A DNA stretch of 58,920 bases, the filler included, from Dugesia japonica (Eukaryota): the NCBI GenBank assembly GCA_001938525.1. It is 4 parts of 4 records of this genome, joined end to end, with 100 filler letters (N's around TTAATTAATTAA, not from the genome) between each part and the next. Parts side by side here need not be neighbours in the genome. Positions count along the whole stretch, not along the records: positions 42,659 to 58,920 come from MQRL01646966.1; 3 more parts are not named here. The stretch is one strand, 5' to 3'. Below the pieces are notes generated by a model, which had not been told where the DNA came from, did not search any database, and saw nothing but the letters and a program-made list of their open reading frames with translations. Positions 50,396-58,920 of the stretch are shown piece by piece (within the stretch, counting starts at the first letter, position 1; the number at the start of each line of letters is the position of its first letter). The position numbers were made by a program, and so were the translations under genes.

Positions 50396-50504
50396 TAATA
50401 TCAGTAATTAATATTTGATAACATTGTTTAATGACGAATGAGCAATAATCATGAGCTTATATACACTTTTTGTATACTCTTTTATATACTCTTTGTGATA
50501 ATAA

Positions 50505-50778
50505 TCGGAGTGATGAAGTTTTTAAAATCTAAAAAATCAACACCAGGCAGTCACCAGTCATGTATGTAATCAGTGATGAAGATGAAAATATTATTCAAGG
50601 AAACTTTTATGAGCAGAAATTGCAAGTGTTGCTAGAAAAACCAAGTATATATCGAATCAAATCAATTCTCAAAACGAAAGGCCGAGGACAATATAAACAA
50701 TATCTTGTTGATTGGCATGGGTATTCAAAACCAATGCAGATTCGAGCATCTCAAATACAAGAATTAGTTTTTATATGA
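50505..50778 (+). pseudogene. Polinton integrase C-terminus with chromodomain
   Basis: SDEVFKI..PVMYVISDEDENIIQGNFYEQKLQ..YRIKSILKTKGRG..QYLVDWHGY. Confidence 0.85.
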
Positions 50779-52112
50779 TTTTGCCAAGCAATAGTTGTCC
50801 AAGAACTCGACCTGAGAATAATGCGAGCAAGTATTTTGTTAACTATGAGAATACCATCAACTTAAAAGATGATCAATCGGAAGTTGCCATGACAGAATTT
50901 TTTATAATTATTGTCCTCAAACTATACGGAAAGGTTCAAAAATTGAATATAAAATAAAAGAGGTGAATGAAACTGAAAACAAATTTCAAATAGCAATAGT
51001 AAACGGTAGAGTTCAACCGTACGCTTTTCCTGAGAGCAATAAATATAATATAAGTATTGATCATAAAAATAAATTGTTAATAAAAGCAGACTGCCAATTG
51101 GAAGTCGAGTTCAATTCGCTATCAGACTATAAATTTGGATTTCACTCATTAATTACCAAAAACAGAAAACCATTACTTTCAATTATTGAAGCTGATTGGC
51201 ATTTGGTACTGGAAAATATTCTGACAATACCATTTAAATTAAAGTTTACTATTATTGAAGGAAATGGTACTATAAAAGAAATTGAGGATATTATAAATGT
51301 TGAAATTTAAGATGGAAAACTAACAGTCGTTGGATTGAAAAATAAATCTAATTGCGAAATAAGACTGGATGAAGAAAGGAAAATAATTATCAAATCAGAT
51401 TGTTATGTGGAATTGGGGTTTAACTCGTTACCTAATATTCAACTACTGGGATTTTATTTGAAAAGTAATGAAAGTTAAACAGTCGAATCGGTTATTGAAA
51501 GAGATACGCAAATATTATCAGACAATGTTGGAGAAACAGATGTTAAATTAAACCTTAGCAAAATCAAAGAACAAATTACTTGCTTTGAATTTTAAAGTTA
51601 TTTAATATTTAACGATCTGGATAATTTGATTATGCACTTTATAAAAACATGTAAAATATTTAAAGAATTTATAATAGACTCGAAACTTGGATTAGCTATG
51701 TTTAAATGGCATGATAATATTGAATATGTATCATTTTATGAAAATCTTACGGTAATACTCGGTCTACTATCTAACAAATTCTACAAGTCCGTTAAACAAA
51801 TAAATGGTTTACATAAACAGCTATTACTCGGTGGTGTAAGGCAACTATATATTTACTCGTCAGTAGTTGATCCAATTTTGGTCGGTGATGTACGCGTACT
51901 ACTTTTGCGGAGNNNNNNNNNNNNNNNNNNNNNNNNNNNNNNNNNNNNNNNNNNNNNNNNNNNNNNNNNNNNNNNNNNNNNNNNNNNNNNNNNNNNNNNN
52001 NNNNNNNNNNNNNNNNGTAAATATAAGTGATGATGGGGGAAGATTGATTGATTTTCGATATGGATCGAAAAGAAATTCAACTCTACATTTTCGAAAAGCA
52101 CATGATGCATAA
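50760..52112 (+). pseudogene. Long penton-like minor capsid protein (group-1 type) with internal duplication
   Basis: FYMILPSNS..PENNASKY..INL..EVAMTEF at the N-terminus; LYIYSSVVDPILVGDVRVLLLR and ISDDGGRLIDF..TLHFRK at the C-terminus. Confidence 0.8.
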
Positions 52113-52146
52113 ACAATTTAATTTCAATTGAATATTCATTATACAA

Positions 52147-52551
52147 ATGGATGATCGAACTATTATCACAATGTAAAGTCGCCCACAAATGGGAGGAGAC
52201 GTAACATATTTTATCGGTAATCAACAACAAGGTGGTGGAAATTAGTTGCACAGAATTGGACGATTTGCAATGCTAATTTTGCAGAAATTTGGACTTCCAA
52301 TTGCAAAGTCGGTGGTACAGGCAGCACTAAAGACTGTTGATGATGTTTTAAGTAAGAAACAGTCATTTAATGAATCACTCAAAAACTAAGCAATAAATGT
52401 GTTGCCGGATGAGGAAGCAAATGCACTTAATGCATTAAAGAAAGTCGTCGATGTACAGCATAATAGTGGAATACGTAAACGAAAGAATAAACAGGCAACA
52501 TCGAATATAAACAAAAGACGACAACTAGATGGAACCATCTTTGCAAAATAA
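52147..52551 (+). pseudogene. Polinton Gly-rich/amphipathic/basic core-like protein
   Basis: QMGGDVTYFIGNQQQGGGN*LHRIGRFAMLILQKFG...IRKRKNK...TIFAK*; three in-frame stops. Confidence 0.65.
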
Positions 52552-52556
52552 AAATT

Positions 52557-52674
52557 ATGTATGATGGAAAAACTGAACTATCAATGTTTGACCATGGTAT
52601 ACCACAGATTGTTGTTGAAAGCTCAACAATTAAAGAAATCTACCCAAAAGACTATAATTGGATACTAGATAAAT
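52557..52674 (+). pseudogene. N-terminus of group-1 Polinton capsid-type gene, truncated
   Basis: MYDGKTELSMFDHGIPQIVVESSTIKEIYP fits the KSELDLF-x4-Q-x3-E-x5-E-x2-P start pattern. Confidence 0.65.
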
Positions 52675-52964
52675 AGTAGGAGTCAACAACAACTGTGTGC
52701 AAAGCCCCGCCCCCCACCGTGATGTAATGAAATTTAATCCTAATCCATTTAGTTGGGAATTTAAAAATTGCATCATACATTGCATCATTAGGTAATATTA
52801 CTTAATTTGGTATGATTTTTTCCCTGTGTATTTAGTTGGAAAAATTTTTTGCACACAAATTATGTCATGAGATTAATTTCAATGGTGAAATTTTATGTAA
52901 TAGGATTAAGTGGTGTTATTTTTACTTGTGGTTTTAGTTGGAAAAATTTTTTAGGCTTTTTAAG
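52675..52964 (+). repeat. TIR-like terminal fragment of the same family as 27169-27667
   Basis: Starts AGTAG; CTGTGTGCAAAGCCCCGCCCCCACCG box; TTTTCCCTGTGTATTTAGTTGGAAAAATT units. Confidence 0.5.
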
Positions 52965-55900
52965 NNNNNNNNNNNNNNNNNNNNNNNNNNNNNNNNNNNN
53001 NNNNNNNNNNNNNNNNNNNNNNNNNNNNNNNNNNNNNNNNNNNNNNNNNNNNNNNNNNNNNNNNNNNNNNNNNNNNNNNNNNNNNNNNNNNNNNNNNNNN
53101 NNNNNNNNNNNNNNNNNNNNNNNNNNNNNNNNNNNNNNNNNNNNNNNNNNNNNNNNNNNNNNNNNNNNNNNNNNNNNNNNNNNNNNNNNNNNNNNNNNNN
53201 NNNNNNNNNNNNNNNNNNNNNNNNNNNNNNNNNNNNNNNNNNNNNNNNNTATTTTCTTCTCAAAATAGGTTAAGAAAGTGTATTCAATAGAGAATCTTTC
53301 GCTGATTCCAAATATGTTAACCTAAAATCGCCAAAGTTAATACCCGATGAAATAAATAAGGTTTTGTAGTGAGAAAATCTCAAATTTCAGATATTAGCGC
53401 TCTGATCTCTGCGCAGATGTCAGCAATTGACTCATATTTGGTATTGTTTTACTCAGAAAGAAAAAGTGACTGTTCAAAGTTAAAATATTTTCTCGGGAAA
53501 ATGTTTCCTAACGAATATGTACAGATTTGGTGACATTTTTCGAAAATATCAAAGGTAACTCAAACTTTATCGGCATTGATACTATTCGATAAGAAATTTC
53601 AGTGAGTACGAATAACACAATTAAAAATCAACAAACCTTATACATAAAAAGTTATATAGAAAAACAAAGTAAATTTAACTATTATAATTCAAATTAATTT
53701 AATTTAATTTAAATAATTTAATTTTTAAATAATTTCAATAAGATTGTTCTAGAATCTTCAAATTGTTGATTCATTTTGAAAATCAGAATTCATATTTTTA
53801 GACATTTTTTTATTTTACTACTACAAACTATATTTAATATAAAAAATAATTATAAGATACAATTAACTAAATAATAATATTTAGTTATCTCAATTCTTAT
53901 TCACTGAAATTATTAATTAATAATTATTTCCTCAGAAATTTTAATAAGATTGTTCTAGAATCAATTGTTTAAACGTATCGGTGTATTTAATTAATACACA
54001 CCTGTTCTAAAAACTATATAAACTGAATCTTTAATTCATTATTTCAAAATGAAGATGATTGAAACTCTTATCAAGGAGAATTCTTCGACACAAGTATTCG
54101 AGTGTGAAAAACCAAGAAATTACTCCAAGCATAAGATGGTTTTCTTTAAGAGAACAATCAATTATACTTTTCAAGTAATATTTGATTCGCTAATNACTTT
54201 ATTAAAACTTTTTTATTTAGGATCATGTAAAAGTGAAACCTTGTGTTTACGACTTAAACATATATGAAATCAGTGACAATGATCAAGAGACTCTTAATGA
54301 ACTATTCGTAAGAATCAATGAACGCATGAAAATTGAAGATGCAACATTTATTAAATCTAAAGAAGACAATGTTCAGGAAAGTAAATCAAAAATTACAGTT
54401 GTTGGATACAAGAAATTGGAAATATTAAAACCAATATGGAAAGTTAAATCAACTCAAAAGATTGAATAAAAATTCATTGAATAAATATTAGTATAAATAA
54501 AAGACTTATCTTATTAATTTCTACTTTGTTAATTTTATTACTTTTATAAATCCAAACAAGTTTAAAACAGTAAATTTTATTTAATTCAATTCCATATTAA
54601 TGGATGTTCCATTGATCGTTCTATATGACATTTGAAAACTGAAGTTATAATATTAAAATGGATTACTAAAGCAACAAATATTGCTTAAAGTATTTGGATC
54701 TCTTTGCATTTTGCATTCATGTTTCTGTCTTAATGCAATTGATAATGCCTTCACTTTTATAATCATTTGAGTTTGGTTTATCGATTCTGGACTTGAATAA
54801 CTTAAATCAATATTGTATTCTTTAATTAATGATTCTTTTGCGTTCTCATAAAACTCATTTGCAACCGTTGATAATTCGAAATTATGAAATTTAACTAATC
54901 CATTAGAAATTTCCTGTTTTCCAATGAATCTGGATTAAATTTCAGTTTATTTATTAATTCTATTTTTCTGATTATTACAAGACTATCGAGAAATCGAATT
55001 TGAATAAGAGCTTGTAGACGCTTTGTAATGTTTCTTCTAATTTGTTACGATAAAGTATAATTTCATTGTTTAATATTTCCTCCATTTCATCGAAAAATGG
55101 ATCAAGAGGGAATAAATTTGCAAGATTATTGGCAACATTAACTTTAAATTTGTTGAGATAATCTTCATAATTCAACGATAAACATTCTTTAGTCTTTAAA
55201 ATAAATTTTTGGAATAATAGTTCTTCCATGCCACATCATGAAAGATATCATGTTTTTATCATCATCTTCGATAACAACATCTTGATTAAATAGTTCTAAT
55301 TCTTTCAACATTTCCTTCTGTTTTTCTGACAAGATTACATCATCCATTTTTTGAAAAGTGTACAATGCTTACAATCACTTAATTTAAACAATAGTATTTA
55401 AATTATTAATTAATTTAATCAATTCTATTAATATTTCATTAACAATTAATTGATAATAAAATGTTTTTATTCCAACTAGTACAATCTTTCCACTTGAAAA
55501 TTAACACATATTGGATCATATTTTGAATTCAGTTAAAGAATAATTTAATGAATGATATGAATAGTGAGGGTATTATACCTTTTAAAGATTTTAAAAATAA
55601 TAAAGACATTGAAAAGGTGCATTTTAAATTAACGTATTGTAAAGAAAAAACTGGCTACCTGAAAATAGAGAAATAGTATGTCATTAATAATATAAACAAT
55701 AGTAGCGTTAATAAAAACTCCTGATTGGATTGAGAATCCTCACTAAATTTTTTCAATGCTAGTACTAGTTAAATAATGACACTAACAATGCAGACGATTT
55801 CCACGGTTAAATTTATACAGCGTATATGTACGCTTACGGGTTCAGCCGACAAGAATCATAGTGCATAGTTTTAAATCTTGTCAGCATAACTGGTAGTTAA

Positions 55901-58620
55901 GACATACAAACTGCATGGTGTGTTCAGTGATAGTCGGTGTGTTTTACTATTTTCTACCAAAATGCAATTAGAGTTATTGATGTTTTACTCTTAACTGTCC
56001 AGGCAGAGAAGCGACATAATGTTTCCCAACCAGATTTTAGTATAGACAGTGAGTCAGTCACATTAGCTTTATCTGCTTTTTCACTATTCTCAACAATTAT
56101 TCATCACCACCACACACGCCAACTCTATGATTTACAACTTCGATTTCTCTGATGATTTTACACTGAGTAATAATTATTCTATGACGAGCCATTCTGCAGC
56201 CTAGTTCACAATGGGCTAAAATGTAAACATTCTCAACAAAATTCTTTTGGAAAGTAGATTTATAAGTGGACCATTAAAGGAGAATTCTATAATTGTCAAC
56301 TGAAAGTTCGGATTTTAAACGGATTAGCTGCCAACGATCTCAAATCTAGTGTTTATGGGTATGATTCTCGTTTATCGAGCAAACGNNNNNNNNNNNNNNN
56401 NNNNNNNNNNNNNNNNNNNNNNNNNNNNNNNNNNNNNNTGAGCTGATTAATCAAGTCAGCTATACTATGATAATTTATAACGTAACGAAAAATAAATGAA
56501 TTTTTTAAAAAAAAAAGAATTGTTTATTATTATTTCGTTAATAATTCATAACATACCAACAAAATATAACAACTAATGCTTACTGATTTTGAAAATGTGA
56601 TTTCTGCAAAGGGAATGCTGGCCGAAATTTACTGTTCTCCTTTCCGTAGGCTGATGGTAAGTATTTCTTCCTTTTATTAAAATAGTATTACTAAATTAGT
56701 TCACCAAATTAAGATTATTATTTTTTCTTGCTTGGTTATTTGAGTGAAATTCCACGATTTTGTACTACAATTGATTTAACGAATTCTGTAATTACTCACA
56801 CTGTGTAACTAAAATTATTCTTTAGGGTGGTTTCTTCTAAAATTCGGGGGGTTTATATACCTTCTTCCATTACAACCAGACATAGTCTTCATTGGCTTTC
56901 TATTTTTGCTTTTCGTTTCTTAATTCCTATTGGTGCTGATGCCAATTTTCTGACTTTTTCTGTGAATTTTTGATTGTCTATTGGTGCCTATTTTTAGGAC
57001 ACCTTGTGTTTTCCATGTCTTTATTTCATGTTTATTTTCTGGCCTATCATTGGCCTATTCTTCAACCCCTTCATTGCCTCACCATTAATACACTTTTAAT
57101 GCTGCTCCTTTAGATGCATGAACGTCCAATTTCTATTGACTCACATCCAGTTTCTACTACTGTTATCTTCGTAGACAACTGACCTGTGCGTCAATCCAAT
57201 TTTCTAAGCTTTTATCTACAATGCATGCTGACTACTAAACAGATATTCCATGACCAGCTGCAGCAGTTTGGCTTTGATGTTTCACACAAACTGCCCACCC
57301 TGATCATTGCTTATTTGTCGATTCATTCAATACGTGATGCTCAAATTGAGACACTCCGAATGAGAAGAGTTGCGAGATTTGTCTTCTAATGTCACCACTA
57401 TGCTTATTCGAAACCACTCCATTATCATCTCATCGTAATTAATTCATTTATTATTAATAATTATTTAATTAATTTTTTTAATAGCGGGATGCTTCGTACA
57501 TCTTGATTTAGATATGCAGTGCGTGTGAGCCCTGATTTCTATCTCTCACACACCTCATAACTACATCACTTCGTATATTAATCAGTATTATTTATCATTC
57601 TCTCATTATTATCATTATCTCATTTTANNNNNAAATTAGCTGATGTTTGATATAAAATATTCTCGCTGTCGAATGAAAGATGATCCGACTCTTCGAACCC
57701 TATGTCATTCAGCAGCTTGTACATCTTACTTTATTCGTTGACGCTCATCATCACCTTTACAGCACCACCAAAAGACACACAATAACTCGATGCCTGTGCG
57801 ACTCGCGATACAACAATTCTGTCGCAACTTTTAATCAAACTGTATACTCACATAAAGTCAACTCTCTTTAACTGCACCNNNNNNNNNNNNNNNNNNNNNN
57901 NNNNNNNNNNNNNNNNNNNNNNNNNNNCTTGGCTTGTATCGTATTATGTTCCTATTCTCTGCATGCAGTTTAACATTGTTCGATTTGTCAAGATTTCAAC
58001 CAAATTATTTCGGATCCCTGACCGAACAAGGTGAGCAGTTAATTAAACAATTGACATTGTAGTACCCAGAGGTTTATCACTGTTCTCTTTCACCATACCT
58101 CGGTAGTTAAGCATTTAATATTTTATCGATTCATTCGTTAATTTCTACGTACCTTTCTCGTCTTATTTTCGTTGATTTTCTCCCATTGTTCATTTGAATG
58201 CGTGCTATGTTCTTACTTCTCTGTGTGCTTTTGTCAACTAATATTATGCACTAAACTAACTCAATACTGCTATTGTACTTTTATTTTACATAAATAATTA
58301 TTATTTATGAGTGAATTTTAAATTAACTGTCTAATTATNNNNNNNNNNNNNNNNNNNNNNNNNNNNNNNNNNNNNNNNNNNNNNNNNNNNNNNNNNNNNN
58401 NNNTTAAATTATATCATATAGACACAGATGAATTTCAAATTATTTATATAATAATACTATGCAAAAATAATATAATCATAATATTCATCAAATAAAGATA
58501 AAATAACGCAATTCTCCCCGTGCCAAGTTAGTTAAATTATTACGCTAATATTAAACAAATTATTACTAAATTATTACAAAAATTCAGCTTTAATCAAGTT
58601 GTTTATTACACTTTACTCAC

Positions 58621-58700
58621 TTTACTAAAATTTATTTACTAAAATCATTTACTAAAATCCGTTACTAAAATTATTTACTAAAGTTCCTTTACTAAAATTT
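58621..58700 (+). repeat. Short minisatellite, ~13-14-bp unit containing TTACTAAAA
   Basis: Six imperfect tandem copies. Confidence 0.7.
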
Positions 58701-58920
58701 GCTATACGAACAATAATAATAATTACAAAATAACTATTAATTATACTGCGCAAAATTTAGAATATTATTAATTAATGCACAAAATTAAATAATAACCTTA
58801 CATGATCCGAGTGCCCTTTTTCTCGTAAAATTTTTTAAAGAATTCATAAATAAATAAAATTTTCGCATTAAGCCAAACCGATGATCGTGCTCCCGAAACA
58901 ATTTAAATTATAACTTATCA

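Larger units (their letters stand above)
50505..52674 (+). mobile_element. Internal fragment of a second, different (group-1/alpha-type) Polinton
   Basis: Colinear integrase C-terminus plus chromodomain, penton, Gly-rich core protein and start of a capsid-type gene. Confidence 0.85.

Noticed and set aside
58878-58900. Hammerhead ribozyme-like CCGATGA...CGAAAC
   Set aside because: Core deviates from CTGANGA and I could not build convincing flanking stems.

Overview
Very AT-rich eukaryotic (probably invertebrate animal) draft-assembly DNA that is almost entirely mobile-element derived. It is not one contiguous locus: three identical 100-bp artificial spacers (N44-TTAATTAATTAA-N44) join four independent scaffolds (1-17751, 17852-27667, 27768-42558, 42659-58920). 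The main feature is a complete 12,828-bp endogenous Polinton/Maverick (adintovirus-like) element at 3359-16186, with AGT...ACT termini, terminal inverted repeats and a perfect 6-bp target-site duplication (TTTACC). It carries the full virion module: double jelly-roll major capsid, penton, adenain-like protease, A32-like packaging ATPase, core-like proteins and a fibre-like protein. It also carries a protein-primed PolB on the opposite strand. Most of its genes have stops or frameshifts. Its most unusual trait is one reading frame that fuses a zinc finger, a parvovirus-type phospholipase A2 domain and the retroviral-type integrase, with Gly-rich protease-site-like linkers between them. The PolB reconstructs with three N-terminal zinc fingers, and the two TIRs differ in copy number of a 35-bp internal repeat (3 vs 8). 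A fragment of a second, different Polinton lineage lies at about 50.5-52.7 kb, and three orphan TIR-like ends occur elsewhere. The rest is decayed, nested Ty3/Gypsy LTR elements (one near full-length, a solo LTR with TSD, a gag-only element), hAT transposons, and fragments of RLE-type and Penelope-like retroelements. No rRNA, tRNA, CRISPR array or confidently identifiable host gene was seen. All family assignments are by motif recognition, not database search.
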